Assembly (NCBI GenBank): GCA_016744855.1
Contig: JADGDO010000001.1
Span: 256,765 to 320,764, forward strand
Direction: 5' to 3'
DNA from: Candidatus Fermentibacteraceae bacterium
GTDB taxonomy: Bacteria; Fermentibacterota; Fermentibacteria; Fermentibacterales; JCC-6
DNA length: 64,000 bases
A program made the position numbers and the translations under genes. This document shows, piece after piece, positions 20,359 to 28,883 of the stretch. The notes beneath the pieces were generated by a model that saw only the letters and a program-made list of their open reading frames with translations, was not told the origin of the DNA and made no database searches. Numbering within the stretch: position 1 is the stretch's first letter; every line of letters begins with the position of its first letter.

Positions 20359-21536
20359 AGAAGCTCCACCTTAACTCTGTCTGCTGAAGAATCACAGTGA
20401 ATGTAAACAAGTGAAGATGTTTCTGCCACTTTTACCTTTCGAGTAGCCTTTGCAGGAATACAGAATCTGACTAACATCTTACCAGCAGAATCTGAAACAG
20501 CTCCGGTTACTGAATGCTTAAGAGCGGTTATTCTAAGTTCAAGAGATTTCCCTTCAGTTCTAATTCCCCCCCATGGAGAAATTGTATTCTGGACCCAACC
20601 CGGCCCTCTCTCCTTTTTACTCGTCCTCGTAAGGGGAAAATCCATGGGATCTCCAAAGAGAATTGCTCTTACTTCCTCAGGAAGATTAACAGTTTCCACT
20701 TTGTTTCTCAACGATTTCACAATCGAGGAAATCCTCCATAATGGAGATCTGCCATGCAGAATGGAATGCAAAATAATCCGCGCTTCTCTTCTCCACCAGT
20801 CAATTGTCAGTCTGCCCTTTCCCAGATACCTCCGGAACATTCTTATTGATGAGCAAAATTCCCAATCTAGAGCTCTCTGTCTACTACTGGAGACGCCAAC
20901 CATGTGCTGCGCTTCGGAGGATCTCAGCACTCCTAGTTTCCAACCAGCTGCACGAAGTCTTAGTGACAGATCCGCATCTTCGAAATACATGAAGAAATTC
21001 TCATCAAAACCATTCACGCTTCTCAGAGCTTCTGTTCTCCAAAGGGATACTGCTGCGGTTATTGCCGGAACATCCTGTAAATCTGTGAGGGGGGAGAATT
21101 CAAGATGCATGAATCTGGAGTCCCAGGCCTCACCGTAGGGAGTAAGAAAAACGCCGCTGGAAACTGTTACTTTCGGCCAATCCCAAAGCCTGATCAGAGG
21201 TTGTACACCTGCATAGTTTGGATTCGCATCTAGAAAATCAACTAGCCTATCAAGAGAATCTGCATCAATCGATGCATCACTGTTAAGCATTAGTGTGTAC
21301 TGTGTCTTCACTTTCTCGAGACAGCGGTTATTGCCGAAACCAAATCCGTGATTCTCTCCCCTGATAACTAGGGGATTACAGGGTAATTTTGCAACCAGCC
21401 GAAGCGAATCATCAGTTGATCCGCTGTCATAAACAACAACCGGCATATCCCCCGGAAGACTGGAGAGTGTATTTGCGATTTGTGGTATCAGTTTCTCACC
21501 ATTGTAGAGAACAAAAGCTGCTGTTACACTGTTCAC
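20355..21536 (-). CDS. glycosyltransferase family 2 with C-terminal extension
   Basis: AAFVLYNGE...VVVYDSGSTDDS GT2 N-terminal signature. Confidence 0.7.
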   Translation of the reverse strand: MNSVTAAFVLYNGEKLIPQIANTLSSLPGDMPVVVYDSGSTDDSLRLVAKLPCNPLVIRGENHGFGFGNNRCLEKVKTQYTLMLNSDASIDADSLDRLVDFLDANPNYAGVQPLIRLWDWPKVTVSSGVFLTPYGEAWDSRFMHLEFSPLTDLQDVPAITAAVSLWRTEALRSVNGFDENFFMYFEDADLSLRLRAAGWKLGVLRSSEAQHMVGVSSSRQRALDWEFCSSIRMFRRYLGKGRLTIDWWRREARIILHSILHGRSPLWRISSIVKSLRNKVETVNLPEEVRAILFGDPMDFPLTRTSKKERGPGWVQNTISPWGGIRTEGKSLELRITALKHSVTGAVSDSAGKMLVRFCIPAKATRKVKVAETSSLVYIHCDSSADRVKVELL

Positions 21537-22765
21537 TTGAATCTCTCCTGAATGGTACTGTAAAATTTATCAGTCACTTTTTGCCAAGTATGGTCATTCA
21601 TGGTAGTTTCATAACCCACTCGACCCATAGCTATTGCAGTGTTTTCGTTGTTCAGCAGAAAAGAAATTTTCCCGGATAGATCTTCCCTGTCTCCGAATTC
21701 AATAAGATAGCCATTTTTCTCAGCTTCTATAAGATCCGGCATTCCACCGGCATTGCATCCAATGACTGGCTTTTGGGAGATCCATCCATCCAGTAGCACG
21801 ATACCGAAAGCATCGAGTCGGGATGGTGCAGCTATAATGGAGGCTGCTGCAAAAAGGTGCTTTCTAATTTCTTCCCTGATGTATCCTGTAACTATAAGAT
21901 TCTCAGAAGGAACCTCTCCCGCCCTTGCATCGAGATACTCTCTAAAATCTTTCTGCAGGGGCCCGGCAAGAACAAGAACGAAATCCTCCCCTTTTTTCCA
22001 CAAGGCTATTGAGGAATCAAGAAGGGTGTTTGATCCTTTATCCTCGCAGTGTGCAGTAACGCTGAGAACAATTTTTTTCTTTGGGGGAATCGAGAAGACT
22101 TTTCTTGCCTTGTTGCCGTCTGCACCTTCCCATTCCTTTGGATTTATTCCACTACCTGACACCACAACGTTTTGTCTGTCAACTCCGCATTCATCAATAT
22201 AGACAGATTTTTCAAAGCTGTTTTGCGCAATAACAAGATTTGACTGCCTGAGGACCTCAGGCTGCTCTCCCGCAAAATAGTGGAGCGGTTCAATTCTGTG
22301 GTTGTGACTACCGATATTTGCATGTGGGACAGAGATCAGAGGCACCCGCCATTTCTGTGAGTATCTGTAACCTGCATGCATAAGAAAGGGCATTGCATTA
22401 GCATGCACAAGATCAAAACCACTGACTTTGCCTATCCAGCTGTCAAACTTTGGTATGAAAGGATTTGGGTAGAAATACCTGTCAGGGCCACCTTTTTTCA
22501 GTCTCCTGAATACTGCTCTGGCCAAGTTTTGCAGAGGAGGGTGTGTTACGGGGAAACGAATAATCTCGATGCGGTCTCGGGTAAAAGTGCCGGGGTGAAG
22601 ATGCCTCCCCTGTTTTGAAACGAGCCACGACATGTCCCACGCATCTGTAGCAACAACTGTGGAGGTGTGTCCCCATCTTTCAGCGGCAAGTGCATGCTCC
22701 CATACATATCTTTCAGCTCCGCCATGATATGGCCATGTTCTGTGAATAAGGTGGAGTATTTTCAC
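21533..22765 (-). CDS. glycosyltransferase family 4 (GT1-fold)
   Basis: C-terminal EGFGIVLLDGWISQKPVIGCNAGGMPDLI GT4 motif. Confidence 0.75.
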   Translation of the reverse strand: MKILHLIHRTWPYHGGAERYVWEHALAAERWGHTSTVVATDAWDMSWLVSKQGRHLHPGTFTRDRIEIIRFPVTHPPLQNLARAVFRRLKKGGPDRYFYPNPFIPKFDSWIGKVSGFDLVHANAMPFLMHAGYRYSQKWRVPLISVPHANIGSHNHRIEPLHYFAGEQPEVLRQSNLVIAQNSFEKSVYIDECGVDRQNVVVSGSGINPKEWEGADGNKARKVFSIPPKKKIVLSVTAHCEDKGSNTLLDSSIALWKKGEDFVLVLAGPLQKDFREYLDARAGEVPSENLIVTGYIREEIRKHLFAAASIIAAPSRLDAFGIVLLDGWISQKPVIGCNAGGMPDLIEAEKNGYLIEFGDREDLSGKISFLLNNENTAIAMGRVGYETTMNDHTWQKVTDKFYSTIQERFK

Positions 22766-23868
22766 AAAAGGCTCCTGTAGAATTCAATAGCCTTTTCTGC
22801 CGTGTTGTTCCAGGAAGGTCGCTGAGCAGACTTCGCCATGTCGTTCAGGGAATCTGATATCCTACCAGAAGCCATATCTCTTATAGATTTAACCCAGGGA
22901 GCAGATTCTAGAACCGGAAGAATAAGTCCATTAGTACCAACGGTTTCAGGGAGAGCTCCTCCATCAGAAGAGATTACAGCTGTTCCGCAGGCGAATGCCT
23001 CCAGAATTGGAAGACCCAGCCCTTCACTTGAGCTTGGAAGAAGAAGTGCTGTTGCTCCTCTGTAAAGTGTGAGCAACTCTTCGTCTGAAATGTTTTTCAG
23101 AAAAACAACATTCCGATTGTTTTCCAAAATCTCATCTCCCCATTTTTCTGCACCTGCCAGAACCAGTTTTTTGTCTGTTCCAGCCTCACTGAAACAGCGA
23201 ATTAAAAATGGAATACTCTTTCTGGGTACATAGCTTCCAACATGAAGAAAATAACCATCCGGTGAAAGGTTAAGAGCTTCAAGTAATTCTTTGTCTGGTT
23301 GGCCCGGTGCGAATATTTCATCAGCTGCTCCTCCAGCTATACCGATTCTTTCCAATGGAATTTTGAACAACTTTGAGGCAACGGCTGCAGACCAGTCACT
23401 TATTGTCAGAACAGCAGCTCCAGAACTGATAAGATTTTGCATTTTTGAAGCATAAAACAGAGTGTCCCTGGTGTGGGACTCCGGAGATACCCAAGGTGTA
23501 TCATCGAAAAATGTCACAACTTTTTGCTTCCCTCTTCCCTCGGGTTGCACACCGGAAAGGTGAATGATGTCAACGGGCCCGGTAGCTTTTTCAATTCTGT
23601 TTGCTCTGGTGGACTCAAGGATACCCCATGCCAAGAAAAATCTTCTCAGAAGAGGAATTTTCATCCATGCCGGTGGTTCAACAACTTTTGCACCGGGTAC
23701 TGTACAAGAATGTCCCGGATGGGTCTCCAGGAGATCAATTGACCGGTGCTTGCTGTTTGCCTGTAAAAGTCCTTTTGAAAGCCCCCTGACCCACCTGCCG
23801 ACTCCACCTTTGCTGTGCGTACAAACAGTAACGTCAAGAATAGTCCTCATGGAGACATCCAAACCCAA
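22762..23868 (-). CDS. glycosyltransferase family 4
   Basis: SSSEGLGLPILEAFACGTAVISSDGGALPE GT4 motif. Confidence 0.8.
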   Translation of the reverse strand: MGLDVSMRTILDVTVCTHSKGGVGRWVRGLSKGLLQANSKHRSIDLLETHPGHSCTVPGAKVVEPPAWMKIPLLRRFFLAWGILESTRANRIEKATGPVDIIHLSGVQPEGRGKQKVVTFFDDTPWVSPESHTRDTLFYASKMQNLISSGAAVLTISDWSAAVASKLFKIPLERIGIAGGAADEIFAPGQPDKELLEALNLSPDGYFLHVGSYVPRKSIPFLIRCFSEAGTDKKLVLAGAEKWGDEILENNRNVVFLKNISDEELLTLYRGATALLLPSSSEGLGLPILEAFACGTAVISSDGGALPETVGTNGLILPVLESAPWVKSIRDMASGRISDSLNDMAKSAQRPSWNNTAEKAIEFYRSLL

Positions 23869-25400
23869 ACACTGTCGGATTTGTCATCTTCAGTAAAAAG
23901 GGAAGTGTAAAGTGAGTCGTATTTTTCCTGTATTGAGTCCTCAAACATCCACCTGTTATAGATAATTCTTCGGGCACCGGAGTTAATCATATCTTCTTCA
24001 GTCGGCAAAAACTCACTATTCCAGAGAAGAGAAGGTGGAATCGCTTTTTCCTGCCACTCTCCCCCACGTGCAAGAAACCCTATCAACCTGGGCGCACCGT
24101 CTGCAATCTGAAACATGGAATATCTGCGAATTGCCTTGGAAGCAGGTATCTCGAGAGTTACAGGAAGAGATTCCCAGGATTCAGTATAACATGAAGGAAC
24201 TGTATCATCTATAGTTCTGAGCTTTAGTGGAACTAGCTCTACGGCCATCAGAATAATCAGCCCCCATGCAAGCACTGACTTCCTGCTCTCAATCAGTTTT
24301 CCTGCTGCCAGTGCAGCCATCAAGCCAGTTATCATGGAAAGCCTTGCTGGGCTTCTGGCAGCGGACAAGAAGGGCAACCGTGTAATCACCATATACGGAA
24401 GAGGTATAGCTGTAGGTCTACCACATATTTTTAGCAAGGGTCCCATCGACAGAATTACAATTCCTCCAGCACAAAGAAGAGCAACCCATGACTTTTTTCT
24501 GAAAGTGTAAATTAGTGCCAGGAGTGCTACGGTAAGCCCGGGAGAAACAACCCCTTCAAAGGGATTCGGCATTGTGTCCAGAACAAGGGGTTCTCCCAGG
24601 AATGATGGCAGAATAAACCACTGTGGTTCAGCTGCCCAGTGCACTGCCTCCTTCCAATCCACGGAAGGATTGGTGCTGAAAGCCTCAGGAGCAGTAAAAA
24701 ACCAGAGCAGAGCAAGAGCTGCCCCAAGGGACAATGCAAGAGCAGCAAACAATACCCTTTTCATACCAGCATTTTTTGTTAAAATTGCTGTAATCAAAAA
24801 ACCCACAGCAATAATCAAAACAGAGTAGAGGCTCTCCATCAGAGCAAGGAAAGATGTGAGCAGGAGGAGAATGCTGTATTTTTTATCAGTTTCCAGTAAA
24901 ACCCTTCGGACTCCGAACAGGCTGAGAATTACAAATCCTGCACTTGCAAGCATGTAATGCTGGTAAACACGAACCAATCTCAGAGGCATCCATGCGATGA
25001 TAAACCCCGCTACAAGTGAACCTGCTTTCCCTATCCCCCAGGAACGGGCAAGTAGATAACCTGCTAGTGCTGAAAACAAAGTTCCTATGAAAAGTACCAT
25101 GTTGTAGCTGAAGCCGGTAATGAACGAAAGGAAAACATCCGGCCACCCTATGTTGTGCCAGACAAGTGATCCGATATCGGAAATTCTAGGGTCCTGACCA
25201 TTATCCAGTGAAGTGCGAACCGACCAGAAGTGCCATACTCCGTCAAATACATCGCTGTCTCCAGCAAAAAGAACATCTGCCCTCTCAGCTGGCATGCCTA
25301 CAATGCCTGTTCCGGCAAATGCGAAGATAAGCCAAGGGAGCAGAAGAAGAGTTGAAAGGAAGAAGAGCAGATATCTAGTATTCATTGCTGCTTCTTTCAA
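23847..25400 (-). CDS. polytopic membrane protein (GT-C/YfhO-like or polymerase-like)
   Basis: More than 10 hydrophobic segments. Glycan cluster context. Confidence 0.4.
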   Translation of the reverse strand: MKEAAMNTRYLLFFLSTLLLLPWLIFAFAGTGIVGMPAERADVLFAGDSDVFDGVWHFWSVRTSLDNGQDPRISDIGSLVWHNIGWPDVFLSFITGFSYNMVLFIGTLFSALAGYLLARSWGIGKAGSLVAGFIIAWMPLRLVRVYQHYMLASAGFVILSLFGVRRVLLETDKKYSILLLLTSFLALMESLYSVLIIAVGFLITAILTKNAGMKRVLFAALALSLGAALALLWFFTAPEAFSTNPSVDWKEAVHWAAEPQWFILPSFLGEPLVLDTMPNPFEGVVSPGLTVALLALIYTFRKKSWVALLCAGGIVILSMGPLLKICGRPTAIPLPYMVITRLPFLSAARSPARLSMITGLMAALAAGKLIESRKSVLAWGLIILMAVELVPLKLRTIDDTVPSCYTESWESLPVTLEIPASKAIRRYSMFQIADGAPRLIGFLARGGEWQEKAIPPSLLWNSEFLPTEEDMINSGARRIIYNRWMFEDSIQEKYDSLYTSLFTEDDKSDSVWVWMSP

Positions 25401-26502
25401 TCAGATCGAGCCATTGCTTCAGGCATTTATCTTTGTCGCTCACTTCAGCAAAATACTGACTGGCTGCTTCTGATATGGAGGAGCGGATTTTATCGTTTTC
25501 CAGAATGTATTTAATGGCTGCGCATGCACCACCTGCCCCGGACTCAGCTGGTATTCTCAGAACAGCACCCGCAGGGATATCGCGGAATGTCCCCTCCGAT
25601 GAAACGACTGCAGGAATACCGCTTCTCAGGAGATCCATCATTGAACCACTTGTTTCTCCGCAAGTATGATGCCTTAGATCGAGTGCTATATCAATTTTTT
25701 CCAGTTTGTCCCTGAATTCTCTGTCGGGTAGACGACCTGTTGCTGTTACCCATGGGTGATCTGTTTCAGGCCAGCCCCCACCTGCTATTAGAAGGTGGCA
25801 ATCGAGCGTTTTTCTAAGCAATTGCACTGCGCGAAACATATCCTCCCAGCTTCTTCCATAATGAAATGTACCGACAATGCCGATAGTAATAGCATGACTT
25901 CTTTCCTGAGGCTTTTCTGCAGGGCTGAGAAAATCCGGAAGAAAGCCCATTCTGATTACTGATTTGCCTCTAGCCAGTTTTTCAAGTTCATACTTTGCTG
26001 TATCACTTAAAACAGCAATTATCCTGCTTGATAAGACCAGCTTGCCTATGAGAGGGTATTTTCTTAGGCGTGTGTCATATTCAGAAAGACTTTTTGCTTT
26101 TTTACTCATTATTTTTCGAAAGGAATCCGAATTTTCACGGTAGTCAAATTCTATATGATTGTTGTAACTTTCCCAGTCACCGGAAGTATTTGCTCTGTTT
26201 CTAAGCACATGGTGCATGTTTGTCTCATGAAAAAGACTGGTTCCCCCATGTTTAAGTAGTGTTTCAATAACTTCTTCACAGTGTGGAGAGTTTCCCACCT
26301 GATATACTGCCGGAAGTTTAAAGTGTTCCTCTCGGAGTTCTTTGATTGGTAAACAATTGAAACCCTTTGCAGTTTCGGCACCGGAGGGATATGCAACAGT
26401 CCACTCTATATGGTTTTTTGTAAGAGAAAGAATCCTCATTGCATAGTCTGCCAAACCAGTCGGTTGCGGGGGGAATGGGGTAACCAGCAGTGCTTTCCTC
26501 AT
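25375..26502 (-). CDS. glycosyltransferase family 4-like
   Basis: GT-B fold hallmarks (IAGGGWPE; AVVSSEGTF) in the C-terminal half. Confidence 0.6.
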   Translation of the reverse strand: MRKALLVTPFPPQPTGLADYAMRILSLTKNHIEWTVAYPSGAETAKGFNCLPIKELREEHFKLPAVYQVGNSPHCEEVIETLLKHGGTSLFHETNMHHVLRNRANTSGDWESYNNHIEFDYRENSDSFRKIMSKKAKSLSEYDTRLRKYPLIGKLVLSSRIIAVLSDTAKYELEKLARGKSVIRMGFLPDFLSPAEKPQERSHAITIGIVGTFHYGRSWEDMFRAVQLLRKTLDCHLLIAGGGWPETDHPWVTATGRLPDREFRDKLEKIDIALDLRHHTCGETSGSMMDLLRSGIPAVVSSEGTFRDIPAGAVLRIPAESGAGGACAAIKYILENDKIRSSISEAASQYFAEVSDKDKCLKQWLDLIERSSNEY

Positions 26503-27176
26503 CTGGTAATGCCCTTCCAGCTTCTTATTCTGAAAGCGATGATTTGCTGAAACATTTCATAAATAGCTCCGAATCTAACAAAAGCAAAGAAACCGCTTCG
26601 CGAAGTCTCAAATGAGACTGTACCGGCTCGTCTTTCAAAATGACTAACGGGAATCTGAACAACTCTGTACCCGAGATCTCTTGCAAGTGTAAGGATTTCG
26701 AAATCAATAACACCACATGTTGAGAGTGGTTTAACATATCTAAAAATAGAGGCTCTAAAAAGTTTGAACGAAGAATCAACGTCTTTGAAGCCTCTTAAAA
26801 AGAGCATGAGTGTAAGAGTATTCCAGAGCAGAGAATACCCAAGACGCATACCGGGGTCTTTCCTTTTGTGTCGGTAGGCTGAAACAATGTCTGCTTCATT
26901 TCTTCGTTCCCATACGAGGTCGAGTTCCTCAAGATCGAACTGCCCGTCGCAATCAGTATAGAATATCCATTCCATGACCGATTCCTCAATACCGGTTCTT
27001 ACAGCCTTGCCGAACCCAAGATTACATGGGTGGGATACCAGTCTTATTCTTGAATCTTTTTTTGACATTGAATTGGTGATTGATGCAGTTTTATCTGTTG
27101 AGCCATCATCAACCACTATAATTTCCCAGCGATCTCCAACAATTCTTTTGAGAACTTTTACGGCACTAGTTACCAT
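26499..27176 (-). CDS. polyprenol-phosphate sugar synthase (GT2, Dpm1/ArnC-like)
   Basis: IIVVDDGSTDKT, DXD (TDCDGQFD), C-terminal membrane anchor. Confidence 0.75.
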   Translation of the reverse strand: MVTSAVKVLKRIVGDRWEIIVVDDGSTDKTASITNSMSKKDSRIRLVSHPCNLGFGKAVRTGIEESVMEWIFYTDCDGQFDLEELDLVWERRNEADIVSAYRHKRKDPGMRLGYSLLWNTLTLMLFLRGFKDVDSSFKLFRASIFRYVKPLSTCGVIDFEILTLARDLGYRVVQIPVSHFERRAGTVSFETSRSGFFAFVRFGAIYEMFQQIIAFRIRSWKGITR

Positions 27177-27322
27177 AAACTCAACATTCTCTTCTTCGTT
27201 GAATGCAGGGAAAAACAGACTTATTCCTTCATTTGAAATCGGAGACCCCCTCTTGAATTGAAACGTCTTTTCAAAAGAGGAATATTAGCTAAAAAGTGTT
27301 TTTCTACAAGCGACCTGTCTGT

Positions 27323-27706
27323 TCAGGATGCAACAGTTTGCAGAGCAGGATGCTGAACTGGATTATCAAGCGATTCCATCATGTCAAGTTCAAGAAGTTT
27401 CTTCATTTCCCGCAGTATACTGTTTTCTCTAATTCTAACCATGTCTGCCGTTTCAGCAGCTTTAATAAACATACAACCCTCAATTCTTGCTCTGTTGCAA
27501 TTTTCTATTCTGAACAACACTGGTTTCTTCATTCCCGGGCCTTCCAGGTAAAACATTCCGGAAGCCAGAATTACTTCTGCAGCTTTCGAATTTGTGCTCA
27601 GCACTATTGCTGTTGTTTTTCTTCCGGCTCTCTCCTCTACCGCACTCCACACTGTTTCCGTGCTGTGCTCTCCCTTTTCTGTCTGAACAGTCCATCTGCT
27701 TTTCAT
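27323..27706 (-). CDS. hypothetical small protein
   Basis: An ATG at 27706 is preceded by the RBS GGAGGTGAGAAAT and by a near-consensus sigma70 promoter. No family recognised. Confidence 0.5.
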   Translation of the reverse strand: MKSRWTVQTEKGEHSTETVWSAVEERAGRKTTAIVLSTNSKAAEVILASGMFYLEGPGMKKPVLFRIENCNRARIEGCMFIKAAETADMVRIRENSILREMKKLLELDMMESLDNPVQHPALQTVAS

Positions 27707-27725
27707 ATTTCTCACCTCCGCTCAT

Positions 27726-27754
27726 ATTATAGGTAAAGTTACACCTGATGTAAA
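27726..27754 (-). promoter_or_regulatory. sigma70-type promoter TTTACA-N17-TATAAT
   Basis: On the minus strand TTTACA (27749-27754) and TATAAT (27726-27731) are separated by 17 nt, about 20 nt upstream of the ATG at 27706. Confidence 0.5.
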
Positions 27755-27777
27755 CACCTGTTTACCTTTAGCGTAAA

Positions 27778-27813
27778 AAGTTGGGGAAGTAGCATTTGGC
27801 ACTTCCCCAACTT
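27778..27813 (-). terminator. intrinsic terminator hairpin
   Basis: Perfect 13-bp inverted repeat AAGTTGGGGAAGT/ACTTCCCCAACTT with a 10-nt loop. On the minus strand it is followed by TTTTT, immediately after the stop of the T9SS-CTD gene at 27820. Confidence 0.6.
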
Positions 27814-27819
27814 GTATAT

Positions 27820-28455
27820 CTAGATCTTGATTAATCTGGTAGTTGATGAATTGCCACCATCTACTACCCTTACAGTATAAGCACCAACAGGATCGTTTGA
27901 AGCATCCCAACCAAAAGATCCACTGGTTACTTGACCGGAATGACGTAGTCTTCCGTTCAGATCAAAGACCTCTACAAGAGCACCATCTCTGTATCCTGAG
28001 GCGTTTACCATACCCATTGAAGTAAATGGATTTGAAACAGGAGAAAGCGAGACAGGATCAATATCTATATAGCTGCTACCCTCAACTGAAGTGGAAGTAT
28101 CAACTTTATAGATTTTATCGTTATCAGGGTCGCTTACCCAGAGAAATCCATCAGTGTCCACAGTGAGCCCAGCAGCACATGGAACAGTTGTTCCCATTAT
28201 GTACCCTGTTACAACTCCACTGGTATTGTACCTTAAAACAGGACTGTCTGATTCATCTCTTGCTACCCATATACCTTCTGAAGAGTAGGCAATATCATAG
28301 ACATTCGGAGCAAGTCCAGGAAAGTCTACAGATGTCATGTATGAACCGGTCTGGGAGCCCGTGGTAGGATTGTACTTGTGAACAGCATATACGTCTGTGC
28401 CATAAGCGTTACCAAATGCGTAAAGAACTGAACCATTGAGACTTGCACCCGTCAC
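27820..28455 (-). CDS. beta-propeller repeat protein with T9SS C-terminal sorting domain (C-terminal part; in frame with the upstream ORF across a TGA)
   Basis: C-terminal ...NPF...GAYTVRVVDGGNSSTTRLIKI is a Por/T9SS CTD. Repeat units are similar to the upstream ORF. Confidence 0.5.
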   Translation of the reverse strand: MTGASLNGSVLYAFGNAYGTDVYAVHKYNPTTGSQTGSYMTSVDFPGLAPNVYDIAYSSEGIWVARDESDSPVLRYNTSGVVTGYIMGTTVPCAAGLTVDTDGFLWVSDPDNDKIYKVDTSTSVEGSSYIDIDPVSLSPVSNPFTSMGMVNASGYRDGALVEVFDLNGRLRHSGQVTSGSFGWDASNDPVGAYTVRVVDGGNSSTTRLIKI

Positions 28456-28476
28456 CGACGAGTTTAAAGTTCCGCC

Positions 28477-28830
28477 TCAACAGTAGGCATCGAACATTCC
28501 GAGATAACTTCCGGTAGCATCATACTTGTAGAATTTTCCGTACTGGGTACCGCTGTAAACAGGTACGTAAACCGTACCACTTCCATAGGCAAGGCCACCA
28601 GTCGCAGGGTTGTAGGTAGGTGTCTGATCCGTAACATAAAAACTTGAAACTACTGATCCGTCGGAAGGATCGAGTTCATAAACATTCTGAGTAGTACCAT
28701 CAATAGCCCACAGACTGCCGTCACCATAAGCAAGCCCGGTAATTCCGGTGTCTGGTGCATCAAATGTTTCCACAACGACTGCAGCAAACAAAAGAGTGGG
28801 AATGAAAAGAAGAAGACCCCAAAACTTCAT
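28477..28830 (-). CDS. secreted beta-propeller repeat protein, N-terminal part (signal peptide)
   Basis: Signal peptide MKFWGLLLFIPTLLFAAVVV. Same frame as 27820..28455, separated only by an in-frame TGA plus 7 sense codons. Confidence 0.5.
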   Translation of the reverse strand: MKFWGLLLFIPTLLFAAVVVETFDAPDTGITGLAYGDGSLWAIDGTTQNVYELDPSDGSVVSSFYVTDQTPTYNPATGGLAYGSGTVYVPVYSGTQYGKFYKYDATGSYLGMFDAYC

Positions 28831-28883
28831 AATAAACCTCCTTTAATTATGTACAAGACTGATGTATTATTTCAAAACAGGTT

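Noticed and set aside
27296-27736. 146-aa + strand ORF overlapping the 27323..27706 gene
   Set aside because: It is antisense to an ORF that has a strong RBS and promoter. It has a Cys/His/Phe-rich low-complexity composition and no RBS. Likely spurious.
27791-27800. TGGCAC in the hairpin loop as a sigma-54 -24 element
   Set aside because: It sits in the loop of a perfect 13-bp terminator hairpin followed by a T-run. No matching -12 TTGC at the correct spacing. Treated as coincidence.
28477-28479. In-frame TGA as evidence of UGA-to-Gly recoding (genetic code 25), or as selenocysteine
   Set aside because: Many other long genes in the window terminate at TGA (e.g. the HK at 4001-4003 and queF at 4405-4407), so UGA is a genuine stop here. 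No SECIS-like hairpin was seen immediately 3' of the TGA. A pseudogene or sequencing error is more likely; it is kept only as a finding to verify.
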